The notes beneath the pieces are model-generated. The model had not been told where the DNA came from. It did no database searches and was given only the letters and a program-made list of their open reading frames with translations. From the human T2T-CHM13v2.0 reference genome, Homo sapiens, in assembly GCF_009914755.1 (NCBI RefSeq), contig NC_060935.1: a stretch of 64,000 nucleotides of DNA. The stretch is one strand, 5' to 3'. The position numbers and the translations under genes are program-made. Below are positions 33,408-53,884 of this stretch, piece by piece. How positions within the stretch are numbered: the first letter of the stretch is position 1; every line of letters begins with the position of its first letter.

Positions 33408-33483
33408 TAATTTTCCTGTGGGTGTTTCCAGGCATGGCAGTATAGTATTTCCCATCCTCTGCAGTTGTTTTCGCCTTTGAGAG
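33408..33483 (-). CDS. RIC3: RIC3 coding exon 3 (76 nt)
   Basis: Acceptor ttctcag|CTC and donor ATTA|gtaagt. Translates LSKAKTTAEDGKYYTAMPGNTHRKI. Phase 0 in, phase 1 out. Confidence 0.95.
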
Positions 33484-33685
33484 CTGAGAATTGAAGGAGG
33501 TATAGCACATCAACAGCAGCTCAGAACCTCAGTCACGGAACCCCTCATAACAAACAAAAAAAAAAGGTTGGGAAACAAAAATGAAGGTCAGAAATTAAAT
33601 CAAATAGCAACACTAGAGAAATAGCTCAAAAAAAAAAAAACGCCAAAAGATGAGGTTTCCAAGTAAAAAATTATCAAAGCACAAG

Positions 33686-34264
33686 TGTAAAAAGTAAAGT
33701 AGAGATTCCTCTTCAAAGAGACTTTACTCCCCATATAATTAGGAATAGTAACTTCTCTTAGAAGCAAAATTTATTCAAGAACCTGTGCTAACATGCTTAG
33801 ATATCTGCTAGCCATAATAAAGAAATCAACTGTTCTTAGCTCCCACAGTTTAGCCTAAATATTTGCCCTGGCATGCTTATACTTGTCAAAGCAAGCATGA
33901 GGTCATAGCCTGTTCCTCTTCCTTATATGAAGGTGTTTTTACCTTTCTCAGCATTCCACAAGTTAGTTCCTCCTTCCTTTGTTCTCCTCTGCCTTTGCCT
34001 CTTTTAAAAAGTTCTAAGTCGCTAGCCAATCAGCACAAATACAGAATGTGAGGTCCCGTTCCAGCCAATGGAAACCGGACACAGCAGTAAGGTGGATGCG
34101 TCAGGTTATAAATGACCCTGTCTCCTTTGTTCGGTGTACTCTCACGGCAAAACCGCTGGTGAGTGTACCCTTTCTGCAGAAAGTAAAAATGGCCTTGCTG
34201 AGGAAATTAAATGTACGTCCAAGTGCTGCTTCTTTATGGCACCAGAGAACAAGCATTTCTAACA
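33686..34264 (+). mobile_element. ERV1 solo LTR, LTR10-type (LTR10C-like), in intron 2
   Basis: TG...CA termini, 4-bp TSD caag, two CCAAT boxes (~34025, ~34064), TATA-like ttataaa (~34086). Start tgtaaaaagtaaagtagag matches LTR10C as I recall it. Confidence 0.85.
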
Positions 34265-35048
34265 CAAGGGAAAAAAAATCTCCCTACAGGTCATCTTCCT
34301 TGCTCATGCTCATCTAAAAGGGATGTGTGGCACCCTATGGGCATTCTTACAGACTCAACTCAGACTGCCTGCAGAATTCCTGGGCGAGAAAGAACTCATC
34401 TTATTTAAGCTTACTCTAGACAGGAGGGCAAAGTGAGTCTTCTGCCTCTAATTCACAGTACAGGGGCCAGGGGCCTGCAAAGGCCTGCCTGGAGGTGGAA
34501 CTCAACTGGGGGTGTGCTTTAAAGAACCTACACCCATGTCTCCCCAGAGCTAGGAAATATCAGGCTTAATTTCAGGAGGGACAGTTCTGTCTCAGGAGAA
34601 TTATTGGAGATAATATTAAAAACAGCATCTCAAATTCCTGTGGAGAAACAAGCAGGATAAAGTGGTGTCATTATTTGGCCTTACAATGGCTATTTGGAAA
34701 TCACTGTGCCAATCCCAATAATAAAAGCTCTTCTTAGAAAATCTTTATTCCTTTTCGGCCTGTAAAGATGTTAATTTTTTTTTTTTTTTTTTTTTTTTTG
34801 GCGGGGGAGTGCATTGAATTGTATCACTCACTGGATTAAGAACCAAAAGATCCATGTTCAAGTCCTAGTTCTGCCTTGTTAGTTGTGAATTTTGGGGCAA
34901 AACACTTAAACATTGAGTAAACATTTCTTATGTGAAACTGAAATAATGGCTATCCTAAGTACCTCATGAAGAGGAGGCAGGATTTAAAGAGATGATGGAT
35001 TTGAAATAATTTTATGAACTATAAGAAGTTTTAATGTAGACAATGATT

Positions 35049-35054
35049 TTTATT
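35049..35054 (-). terminator. Intronic poly(A) signal just after exon 2 read-through
   Basis: Minus-strand AATAAA about 15 nt after the TGA (35069-35071) reached by reading through the exon 2 donor. Confidence 0.6.
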
Positions 35055-35104
35055 GCCATATTAGATTTTCATTGATGTAATATGATTAGGATGATTCTAC
35101 TTAC

Positions 35105-35331
35105 CTTAAATAGAATGTACAGTATATATAAAAAAATCCCAAAACCGTAGATTGGAATAATCTGCCCCATCAGACCTCTTCCACTACCTCCTCCTCCAGC
35201 ACCTCCACCTGATCCTTTGGCCTTTGCAAATGCCTCGGCAAGGTGAGACCTCTGGAAACGAGCCCCAGGAGTCTGGCCATCTGAGGGTGCCTGGTGATGA
35301 TGCATCATAGGTGGAAATCGGCCCAATTTTC
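35105..35331 (-). CDS. RIC3: RIC3 coding exon 2 (227 nt): Gly-rich linker and transmembrane segment
   Basis: Acceptor ttttctcag|GA and donor TTTAAG|gtaagt. Translates GKLGRFPPMMHHHQAPSDG...GLMGQIIPIYGFGIFLYILYILFK, which I recognise as RIC3. Phase 1 in, phase 0 out. Confidence 0.97.
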
Positions 35332-35497
35332 CTGAGAAAATAATAATCACTTTTTATCTCTTCTACTATTTTAAAGATGGCTATCATGAAAACACCAAAT
35401 CATTAAGGTATAAAAGAGGCCAACACAAACAAGTAGAAGAAAAAAATGGCAACTTAATTAAAAGGATATAGAGGTATCACACATATCCTAAATATGA

Positions 35498-35939
35498 TGT
35501 GATCATCTCTAGCTGTTCACCAAACCCATTTTCTCTTCCCTCTGGGTCCTTAGCTGGACCACATTTTTCAGACTCCCATACAGTTAAATGTGGCCATATA
35601 AACTGAGTTCCAGCCAAGGAATGTGACTAGGACTGTGCTAGCTCAAGGCCTGGTCTATAAAATCTCCCTTGTTATTCAACTCCATGATCATTTCTTTTCT
35701 GCAGCATGGATGCTAACACCCACGGGGACCTTGGAAGCCACGGGTAGAAACAGCAAAGCCTCCATCAACCTGATTCCTAAATAATTATGTAGTGCAGAGC
35801 CCTCCACTGCTGCCACCTCACTAACTTAGAGTCATCTGGACCTGTCTGTAAGAGTGAGAAATCAACTTCTATTGTGTTAGGGTCATTATACACTGTGGAA
35901 TCTATTTGTTACAGCAGTTAGCCACCCCTAACTAATACA
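35498..35939 (+). mobile_element. MLT1-type MaLR LTR
   Basis: Ends with the characteristic tttgttacagcag...ctaactaataca. Confidence 0.7.
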
Positions 35940-35953
35940 GATAAGAAAATACA

Positions 35954-40355
<4,402 letters not shown>

Positions 40356-42085
40356 AAGAAAATACAATGTGGTCTCAGGAGAAAAGAGAACTAGAAACTG
40401 GAAAGCCATCAGGATCCAGGACAGGTACTTTCACATTCTAGCTCAATCTCTCTCCTTCTCTATGGGGCCATAAGGTTTTTTCTTTGTTTTTCTGTGCACA
40501 TCTTCTTTATTCTTTCTCTGCAGACCATTTCTCTAGCTCCTTTGTGCACACAGGGGAAGATGGTCGCCCCAGCCCCTCAATTTGCATGTTCTTCAACAGG
40601 CTAGCTGAGACATCCTAATTTCAAATTCCTTGGAGGAGGACTTTAAGTACTCAGCTTGGGTAGGTATACATCTCTTTCCAATCAGCTATAGCTGAACAGA
40701 CAGGATGGATATAGCACAAACAGGGTGAAAAAGGGACTCTTGAAAAAGGGGATCTTGTGAGTGGAAGAGCAGGGCTTGTGGGGAGGGGCAGAGGCAGGGG
40801 GAGGTGTTACATCGATTTTCTTGCATTTTTTTTTTCTCCATCAAGAGCAGTCAAAAGTTAACACCAACTACCAGAAAGGAATCTCAAATGGCCAAATAAA
40901 CAGGCATGTATGAAAAACCACCAGGAGATAACATTATAGAACAGAAAATACTAGAGAGCATAAATAACACTCTAAATAAATAACACTCTAAAAATAGAAA
41001 TAAAAAAATTGTTGGATTTGACTTGAACAAAATTGACAAAGATGTGGAGAGGCATGAATCCTCATGCACTGTGGGTAAGTGATACAGATATTCTGCCTAG
41101 TGATCTGGCTGTACTTCGTGATATTACATATGTACACACCCTATGATCCAATGATCCCACTCTGGTGAATAAATCCCACAGAAAATCTCAAATAAGGTTA
41201 TATATATGTGAACTACAGACTTTATAGACCTATGTAAGAATGTTTGCTGTGACAATAGTGTAGTAGGGAGTTTGAAGTTAACTCTGATTTCCTTAACTGG
41301 AAGAATGGAAAATCAAAATGGAGTGAATACAAATATGGAATTCTACATAGCTTTGGAAACCACACTTTAGACATACCTACAGCAACATGAATACATCTTT
41401 AAAAACATACCGTTAGGTTAAGAAAAAGCAAATAACATTATGCAGGTTGAAAACACACACATAACGATATTAATCTTTCAAGCAAATATGTGGATATAAA
41501 GACATAAACATAAACACATCAGAGTAGGTGCATATGAATAGGAAAGGGAACTGGAATGTGGGTTGAGGATAAAGAACTAAAAGAATAAAACAAGAAAGTA
41601 AACTTGCACTAACAAAGTTAATAAAATGCTATGAACTGAGAACTGCCTTTAAGTTGTCGATGAAGAGTCAAACTAAAACATTTCAAGAGATTTATTCTGA
41701 GCCAAATATAAGTGACCATGGCACATGACACAGCCCTCAGGAGGTCCTGAGAACACGTACCCAAGGCGGTTAGGGTGCAGCTTGGTTTTACACATTTTAG
41801 AGAGACATGAGACTTCAATCAAATACATTGGTTTGGTCCAGAAAGGCAGGATAATTTGAAAGGCGGGGCGGGGTGGCAGGGGGCGGGGTGCTTCTAGCCT
41901 ACAGGTAGATTTTAAAATTTTCCGGTTGACAATTGGTTGAGTTTATCTAAAGACCTGGGATCAACAGACAGGAAATGTTTAGATTAAGATAAAGGGTCCT
42001 GGCGACCAGGTTTTTCAATTTTACTGTGTAAAGGAAGCTCTCAGATAGCAGACTTCTGAGGGAGTAGATTGTAAAATGTTTCTTA

Positions 42086-42532
42086 CATGAAAGGAAAATA
42101 TCATGGGCCCCTTCAAGGTGGGGAATTGGTCCTGGCAAATCTGCCTCCCATTTTTATTCAAAGTCATCTTCCTGCTCACTGAGACAGATGCATATCTGAT
42201 TGCCTCCTTTGGAAAGGCTAATCAGAAATTCAAAAGAATGCAACCATTCCTCTCTCACCTATCTGTGACCTGGAAGCCCCTTCACCACTTTGAGTCTTCC
42301 TGCCTTTGCTTTAAGTTATCCCGCCTTTCCAGACCAAACCAATGTACTTCTTACACATATTGATTGATGTCTCATGTCTCCCTAAAATGTATAAAACTAA
42401 GCTGTGCCCTGACCACCCTGGGCACATGTCGTCAGGACTTCTTGAGGCCGTGTCATGGGCGTATGTCCTGAACCTTGGCAAAATAAACGTTCTAAATTAA
42501 CTGAGATCTGTCTCAAATTTTGGGTGTTCACA
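42086..42532 (+). mobile_element. MER4A-like solo LTR nested in the opposite orientation
   Basis: TSD ctta (42082-42085 / 42533-42536), AATAAA near 42482, ends ttcaca. Confidence 0.8.
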
Positions 42533-42791
42533 CTTATCAGACTTAAAAGGGTACCTTAGTTGATTGTCTCCTGGGTCTGGAAAGAAAGAAAGAAAAAAAA
42601 AAGTGGGTGGAAAGGAGATTCTCTATAGAATGTGGATCTTTCCCACAAGAGACAACCTTGCAGGGCAATTTCAAGATACGGCAAAGAAATATATTTGGAG
42701 TTAAAATATTTTTATTTCTTTTCTTATTTGTTATGTGAAGTTATGCCAGAGTCAGGTGGGAAAGCAGGCTAGATTATATGGGGTGAAATAA

Positions 42792-43152
<361 letters not shown>

Positions 43153-43938
43153 GAATTTGGGTAAGACTTAAAAAATCAGAATTTAGTTCTCAAAGTCAAC
43201 TCTGCTCCTGAGGTAAGAAAGAAGGTAGGTGGGCAGGTAGGCTTGGAAGTTGCCTTCTGCCTTGTATCCTTTCTCAGCCAAGCTCCATTCCAGTGATACT
43301 CCTTTTCCTCTCAGTATTGACTTTAAATGATATGGAAAATTTTGAAAAGAAATGCTTCTTTTAGAGACTGGGTCAGCAACAGAAGCACAGCTTTAGACAG
43401 TAAAAGAAGGAAATCACCATGTCACCACCCTTTATTCTGGATGCTGGTGACTATGCCCCTTTTAAATTTTCAAGGATCTTAGTACATTAAATGATGAGTA
43501 CTGGCTTTGGCTATTATGCACCTTCAAAAGCATGCCTAGCCAGCATTCAGGAAGCTAACTTTTCTCTTGAGAGAATCTATCAGGTGGCTAATGTTCAATA
43601 AACTGGATCTAATATTTGTAGTATTATGTTGTGGAACTTCACCTTACTGTGTTGAGAATACTATCTTCAAATCTGGCATAAAACAAAAAAATTAAAAATT
43701 AAAAACAGGTAATTACAAAAAAGCATTATTTTGCATCTCTAAAATTTAAGAATGACATTACACATCTCCCCCAAAACTTTTATAGATCTGTCAGCCAGGA
43801 AAATTTTAGGATACCTATTATGTTCAAGATTCTGCCATATGCAAGAAAAGAAGAGAGCGATAAAGGTAATAGAAACAATAGTTCCCACATGGAACAATGC
43901 CTTCAAAACCAGAATATCTAAAACAAAGACATAAATAA

Positions 43939-43959
43939 CAGCAGCAGCAGCAGCAGCAG
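43939..43959. repeat. (CAG)7 microsatellite, read as CUG in the RIC3 pre-mRNA
   Basis: Seven perfect CAG units. Confidence 0.95.
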
Positions 43960-44043
43960 GGTATCAAGGACCTTTTTACTAGATAAACTAAATATTCAAG
44001 TTTTGAAAAGATGCAAAATCTTTCTTTAAAAAAAAGAGGAGTT

Positions 44044-44515
<472 letters not shown>

Positions 44516-44786
44516 TTAGTTTGGCTCCATTTAGGGAAGTAAGAAGAGATAAGAAGTAAAGATGGGGAGGAGTTAAAATGCTAACTTGTGTGATATATAA
44601 ATTTGATACAGTGGACCTTGATGAGAAGGGTACTTGATGGGGATTAATCCAGCAGCAGAATATAGGCTCTAATATAGACAGAAACTAGGGTCTGGGAAAA
44701 CGTCAAAAAGGCTATTATAGTAACTTAGCACTGAGATGCAAATCACTGAGGTGGTGGCTAGAGCTATAAAAAGGAAAGGATAGGTC

Positions 44787-45454
44787 TATAAACTAAAAAT
44801 AAAATTCTAAGCCCACCAACTGACTGATGGGTCATCTCTTGGCCAACGGGACCCCAAAGTAACCTTGAAAACTAAATTCTTGGCTATGACGGGATGGGGG
44901 GTTCAAACCCACCTCATTATACCCCTTCCCTCGCAAACCACGATTAGCCTTTCTTCTCTAACTACCAAACAGAAACTAGCCATTTCAAAAAAATCCACCA
45001 CTGCTATCAACCAACCACCTGATACTGTCCCTCCTTTTTTGCCTGATAAGAGACTACCAACCACAGAATGGTTCTGGCTGGTCTACAGAGAATGTACAGT
45101 AAGGGCTTTCATGTCTTCTGCTTCACCTTTTGATGTCAGAGGGCTGAAAACTCCACTCTCTGACCACACTATTACTGCCATTTTGTGTGTATAAGACCCA
45201 TGAAGGACGTGTTTCTCCTTTCATAAATATTCATGACTCCCCCTACAGCTTATTGAATATGTATATACGGCCACCCTGCTCAGCATGAATTCCTGTTCCC
45301 TTTGCCCATCCCTCCAAGTGTATGTTTTTGCTTCTGGCTGGAGGCTACACTTCCCAGCCTGTCAGAATGGCCACCCTGAAGGTTGTAACCCTTTATAAGA
45401 AATAAAGTCTCCTCTTCTCTTCTAAATTTATAAATCATATTTTTTAAGTTAACA
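44787..45454 (+). mobile_element. MER4-group ERV1 solo LTR
   Basis: Starts tataaactaaaaataaaattctaagccc, AATAAA near 45401, ends aagttaaca. Confidence 0.75.
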
Positions 45455-46451
45455 TGTCCAAGGTTTATTACCATGTAATCAGTGCCATTTAACACTGAAC
45501 AAAAATAGAGCTCATGGAGGAGTTGTCAGAAAACTCCAAGATCAAGAGTTTAAGATAGAGAAGATAATGAAGAAACTTGGAAGGCTTACTGTTAGGGAAC
45601 AACTGAATATACATTTTTCACACATTATATTCCAGTTGTTGATGGAATACAGAATTTTTTTTTTATTAGACTGCAGTTAGGCTTAAGAGGAAACTCTAAG
45701 CTACCTAAATGACAAAGCTAATTAAAATTGAGTGAATGGTTCCCAATACCAAAAGGCTGGAAGAATATTGTATTTATGTGGAAAAAAGAGAAAGAAAAGA
45801 AAAATGCGCTAGCCAAAGATGACTAGAAACAAACTAATACCATAAAAGTCAGAGGAGGATGAAATTGAAGGCAACTGAGAAGCCTGGAAACACATAAACT
45901 AATGGCAATCCTTGTTTTCAGACACAATATATTCTTGAGAAATGGATGGCCATAACATGAAATCCTGACTGTCCACCTGTTTAGACAATAACAGAAACCA
46001 AAGTACTACAAAGCCTCAGAGTCAAAGGGGGCCTTAAAAGTCATCCAGTCTTAATAAGTGGTGTGGGGACAGGTAGATATTCACATGTAAAAGAATAAAA
46101 TTGGACCCCTATCTCATACCATATACAGAAATTAACTCAAAATGGATGAAAGACCTAATTATAAGAGCTGAAACTTTAAAATCTTACAGGAAAACATAGA
46201 CATAAATCCTTGTGACTGTGGATTAGGTGACAGTTTCTTAGACAGGACACCAAAAGCACAAACAACAAAACAAAAGGTAGGCAAAGTTGATGTCATCAAA
46301 ATTTTAAACTCTGGTGCTGCAAATGACACCATTAAGAAAGTGAAGACAACCCACTGAGTGGGAGAAAATATTTGCTAATCATGTATCTGAAAAGGGTTAG
46401 TATCCAAAATATATAAAGAATTCTTACCACGCAACATTAAAAAGACAAATA

Positions 46452-47289
<838 letters not shown>

Positions 47290-50119
47290 TCATACGCTGC
47301 TAGTGGGAATGTAAAATGGTGCAGCTGCTTTGGAAAACAGTCTGGCACTTTCTCAAAAGGTTAAACATAGAGGACCATGTGACCCAGAAATTCCACTCTT
47401 AGGTATACAGCCAGGAATATGCTCACACAAAAACTTGTACACAAATGTTCACAGCAGCATTATTCATAGTATCTAAATGTCCATCAACTTATGAATAGAT
47501 CAACAAAATGTAGTATATCCACACAACACAGTATTATCCAGCCATAAAAAGGAATAAAGTACTGATCCATACTACAACATGGATGAACTCCGAAAATATT
47601 ATAAGTGAATACAGCCAGTCATGGAAAACCACATATTATATGGTTCCATTAATAAGAAATATCCAGGATAGTCAAGTCTATAGGACAGAAAGTAGACTAG
47701 TGATTACCTAGAGCTGGGGTTTGGAGGGGTGCAGAGGAAGGAAAAAGTGACTGCCTAATGTGTATGAGGTTTTTGGTGGGGAGGTGTGTGATTTAAAAAG
47801 TTCTAAAATTGACTGTAGTGATAGTTGCACAACTCTACGAATATACTAAAAACTACAGTGACTGTACATCTTAAATAGGTGAATTGCATATGTAAATTAC
47901 GTCTCAATAAAGCTTTTTTTTTTTAAAGACAGCTAGTCTAACCACCTGTGTTTGATACTCTCATATGCTTCAAATTGTGGTCCTAATTCTGCTGAATACC
48001 TCAGGACAGAAAACAATGCTTTCTCCAGGAAGCTCATCCTACCTCTACACAGCTCTGACTGATAGGACTGTCTTTATATAGAGTTGATGAGTGAGTAACA
48101 GGAGAAAGAAAGAAAACAAAAAATAGGGTTTCAAAAAGCAATGCTGAATAAAACATGATGAGGTCCAAAGAAACCTATGTTAGAACTGATTAAAGAAGTT
48201 AATTGATAAGGAAACCTGTATTAGAATTAAGGTTATTGATAACATCAAAGAGATGTTGAAAAAGTAAAAAATACTATTTTCAAAGACAGAAGAGGGATTT
48301 GGAGAGCAATGGAACATATAGACTAGATAGCAAAAAATATGTTTTATATCCTAGAAGAAATCTGAGTACTTTATATGCGGTATTATTGTTCACATATTTA
48401 CTGCTGAGCACTTAACAATGTGACAGACACTATGTCAGGCTCTGAGATTAGAATGACAAATAGAACAGAATCTCTGTCTTTAAAAAGAGTTTACAGACAG
48501 GGAGCATAGTTACAATGACATGGTAACTCTACCTTAACCGTCAAATCCAATGGCTTTTTGTCAGTTCTCACTCTTAATTTTCTGCAATACAAAAAAGTAA
48601 TTATCACATAGTGGTCATTCAATAAATATTGGATTAATCTGAATAAATCCTTGTCAAATTTTCCTGCCTTAATCTCTATGGCACATTACTCTTCTCTTTT
48701 TCCACTGGTCCTTCAACCTATTCCTTCTCAATCTCTTTCACTGGTTCTTCTTTAATCCCCTTCCCCAATACTTTGTCTCAGCCTGTTCTTTCTTTATACT
48801 TTCCTTCAGCAAACTCATTTATTCAAGGAATACACTGTAATTTCCAAAATGTGTACTTCTAGTTCTGACTTTTCCCCCAAGCTCTTGTCTCTTATTTCTT
48901 AATACAATTAGTATATATGTCTTCTTGTATGTCTACCACCTCAAGCCTAAAAATGAACTCATTTTCACCTCCTAAAACCTGCTCTCCTCTTGTATTTCCT
49001 TTCTTTGTAGATTCATTCTCTCCAAACTTCAGGCTTGAGACCTACAACCTCTGCTACCTGTGACACTTAAGATGGTAGGCAACAATGACAATGCTGCATT
49101 TGGCGAAGATTTCTCTTCTCGTAAAGTTAACAGGCCTCTACAGGTAGCAACCTCACCTCTTGGATCTTGGTACCACCATGTTTCTTAAAACTGAATAGCC
49201 CAGAATCTATAAAAAGTCAATGATTATAAAACATTTGGAAATTTCTAGTGGGAATTTTTTTTTTACAAAAGAAAAATTTGAAACTATGAAATATGCCAGG
49301 TATATAAAAGTATACATACTTTATGAACATTTGTATATCCACTGCCCAAATATAACTGAAGTCCCTTGTGTACTTTTCCCCCACACCCTCTCTGAGATAA
49401 ACACCATTCTGATTTTGGTGCTTATTATCAGAATGCGTGCTTTTAGATTTTATTGCATTAACTATGCATCTATAAACAATATATAAGCATCTATAAACAA
49501 CATATAATATTGCCTTGAATGTTTTAAAACTTCATATTGTGTATAGGCAGTGGTGACGGTTGCACAACAGTGTGAATGTACTTAATGCTACTGAACTGTT
49601 TACCTAAAAATGGTTACCACAATTTTAAAAAGTCCTTTATATTATGGGATTATATTGGACACATGCTTCTCCAACTTTCCTTTTCTGCCTTTTTTTCCAG
49701 GTGGGGAATGAACACTTTGGCCAACAAATGTATCCATGTTGACATGTATAGCTCTAGTTGATTCATTTAAACTGCAATATAGCATCACATTGTATGACCA
49801 TATTATAATTTATTTACCCCTTTTTCTGCTGATAAACATTTAGATTATTTTCAATTTTTCTCTATTACAAATGTTCTAGTTCACAGTTACATTACAAATA
49901 AGATTTGTGTTTTTTTAAGTTTGCTTTATTAAAAACAGCTAAAGAGATCAGAATAAAGATATCAGAACATAAAACTGTAGGTTTTCTAATCTAGAAAACA
50001 AAACAGCTATGTGACTATCTCTATAGGTACTTAAGTATTCTGTAAAAGGGAACGTGACTAAATCCTAATTGTTTATTGAAAGCTTTGCCCATATTCAGGT
50101 TTCCTTAATTATTAAAATT

Positions 50120-50402
<283 letters not shown>

Positions 50403-50413
50403 TTAAGTTATCA

Positions 50414-50783
<370 letters not shown>

Positions 50784-52221
50784 TTAATAACCATACCTAT
50801 TGCTAAAAACAAAAACAGAAACTTCAGCACTGTTAACAAAAGAGTTTTCTGAAAGCAACATTAACTCATCTGCAGCATTTCATTCTTGGGGCAAATAAAT
50901 CTATAAAGAACTGGACATGTTTCTATTTTAATAAAAAATAGAAACAGCGGTTCAAGAAAGGTCTTAAGGGGGCCAGTTCCTTAAGATAGCCAAGCTTTTC
51001 CCTAAATATTGAGGAAGCTGTAGAAGCCATATTTGATTCAGCATTACTTGAAGTAGAAGCCAAGACAATAGCTGTTTCTTCCTCACCGGTCTCCTCCAAG
51101 GGCCCTATCTTGTTACATTTCCCTTCTACCTGATTCTGCTTTGTTCTCTACTGCTTTCACATTTTCTGCTAATTTAATCAGATTTCTTTCATCTTTTATC
51201 AACCTCTCCATTCTCAATCCATCCTATATATTACTAAAAGAGATCATTGTGTGTCTAAGTTGCTTAGCACAGGGCCCGATCCACACACTCAATACACATC
51301 AATTACCACTGTTTTGTTACCAGAATAATCTTCCTAAAGCACAATTCTAACTGGTCTTGCCAGTTCTCTGATCAAAAGCTTCTAATAGTTTCCACTGATG
51401 ACAAGAGGCTGTATTACAGCAGAATGGAGGTAGCAGAGTGAAGTGGAATGAGTGCCACCTTTTCAGTCAGTTACTGGTTAGGATTATGGCTGTGCCTCCC
51501 ACTATTTCAGTGGAGGTTAAATTAATCTTTCTAGGGCTCATTTTCATCATCTGTAAAATGGGCATGATATCTACTTTCCAGAGTTTACAAGAATTACAGA
51601 TTAAATAATATCATATATACAAAGCACCTAGCACATATAGTAGGTATTTAACAAATTCTGATTTTCCCTCCCCACAAACTGAATTCCTAAACAACTGAAT
51701 TCCATAATCTAACCCAAAAGTGCTCTTCACACTACTTTCCCATTACATACCACTCATTTAGTCAAACTAGGGTTCTCACCATGCTTTGAACCTGACTTTC
51801 ACCTTCTTGCTTCTGAGCCTATGCTTATCCTCCAGTGGCTTTGCTTTCCTCTCCAACTCCACATATCTAAATCCAGCCAATCCTCCAAGGCCCAGGCCAG
51901 ATACCGCCCCCATGCCCCCGAAGCATTTTCTCATGCTATTCCCCATGCCTGTAAAACACACTGCTTGAGCCTCTTTAATTGCACTTACCACACTTGGCCT
52001 TAATCAAGAGTTTTATTAATGTGTCTTATAGCCTGTACTTAAATGAACCGGGAAACAAAAACAGGTAACATTTTCCACTAAACACCATCTCTATCCAATT
52101 TTATTTGGTGTATATCATATCTGAGAACTAGAAAAGCAGCCTCTAACATCTAAAAGTTGGCCTGGTATTATCAACTAGGCATTAATATTGCTATGAGCTG
52201 GCTTGGTACTCACAGATAAGT

Positions 52222-52718
52222 TGTGGTGTTCTCCTGTTACACATAAGCTATTTCAGAACACCAACATTAGACAAGGCCATTCTGTGATCATGACGGATCA
52301 AGACAAAAAACAAGACCACTCAGTAATCTGTCTGAACACAGACAAAACATGAACACTGTCCAAGCCACTAAATACCTAATATCCCCCAGTGCTGAGTAAT
52401 GTGAACGATGGGGCTGCTTTATCAATTACAGCTTTAGCCTTTCTCTAGTTGGCCCTCCCTTTAGATAAACTGTTAAGATACCAGTCCTAGAATTTGCCTT
52501 ACTTCCTGAAAGCATCTAATTCAGAGTAAAGTACCACATCCTTAAACCATCCTCCAGATCACCTAACACAAACCCAAATCCTATAATGACTTTTTCTAAC
52601 AGTGCCTTATTGAGATGCCCCACAATTCCCCATGGTGTGCATTCTCCCTTGCTGCAATGAGTAATACACTCAACTTGTTCAACTACAGGTGTGTTCCTAG
52701 TGGTCTCCGGCTGGAAGA
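52222..52718 (+). mobile_element. Old ERV1-type LTR (MER31/MER67-like)
   Basis: LTR-like body (caaggccattctgtgatcatg...caagaccactc) and 3' end agtaata...caacttgttcaactacaggtgtgttcc. Confidence 0.55.
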
Positions 52719-53884
52719 CAAACTAAGAACTTCTTGAATAAAGGCCTAGTGTTTTATTTGTTTGGGTTCCCAGGGCAGGCTCTGGATCTTGCCTACTACA
52801 ATCTTTGCTGACCTGATTTGGATGAATTATACTGGGAGTGTTAGCCTTTATTAGAATCTCAAGATCCTGCCCAGTCATTTGTAGGGCTAAAAATAGTTTT
52901 TTACTTCATTATCCTGCCAGTTTTCAATTTTATAGTTTCTAGAATAGAAACTGGCAATTAGGATGACTGATCAAGCAAGGTATTCCATACCCACTTACCT
53001 GTACGTTTCTAAACTTGAAAAAATGCCTAATTTACACGCATTCATGGGCTCTCAAATTGTCTGTTGTTTTCTGTTCATTTCCATAATATATGAACAGGAA
53101 AATGACCCTCTGAAATCAAAATGATTTCCTAATCTCTGTCCTTCAAACATTCCTTCAGAGTAGATCTCTGATGCTTCATTAGGGAAAATAAATGGTAACC
53201 AACCAAAATAATATATTTGTCTTCAGGCACTTACATACCAACACATAAGAAGCTAGTTTAAGATAACACAGAACTATGTATGTATATGTATGTCATACAT
53301 GTATATGTGTATATGTTTGTATGTGTATATTTATATACACATATACATGTATCTGTATATTTTCACATCTCAGAGAGATTAAGACTCAGTGGGACACAAC
53401 TTACTTAGGGAGAACATCGTGACAAAGGGTCTGTGCTATTCCACAGGAACAGGGCCACTGGAGAGGGGCTACTAAGGAACCCTATTTATAAGCATTCAGG
53501 CAGGGTCAGCAGGAAAGATGCCCAGATACAGTGTTACTGTGGGAACACCAAAGGTTCCCAGCCAAGTAGAAGTAGTAGATAGGACTCTCTTGAAGCCACC
53601 TCCAACACAGAGTGGCACACTGTCATCTTGGAGTACTTCAACTACCCTGCAACCTATTCAAACTCTCATTCAGCTGACAATGGAACAACTGACAAGTTCT
53701 TGACCAAGTGTGCTGACATTTTTATGTTCCACAGGTACACAGGGAGAGCAGAAGAACTGCTACTCTGATCAAAGAAGAAGCTCTGATGAAATGAAAGGAG
53801 AACCTCAGGAGAATGAGATCTTAGTGTTTCTGACAACAAAGTAGGAATCGTGTAGCACAAACTCTAGGAAGCCAGAGTTAAGAA

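Noticed and set aside
43939-43959. CAG/CTG repeat as an expansion-disease locus
   Set aside because: Only 7 units and intronic; an ordinary length.
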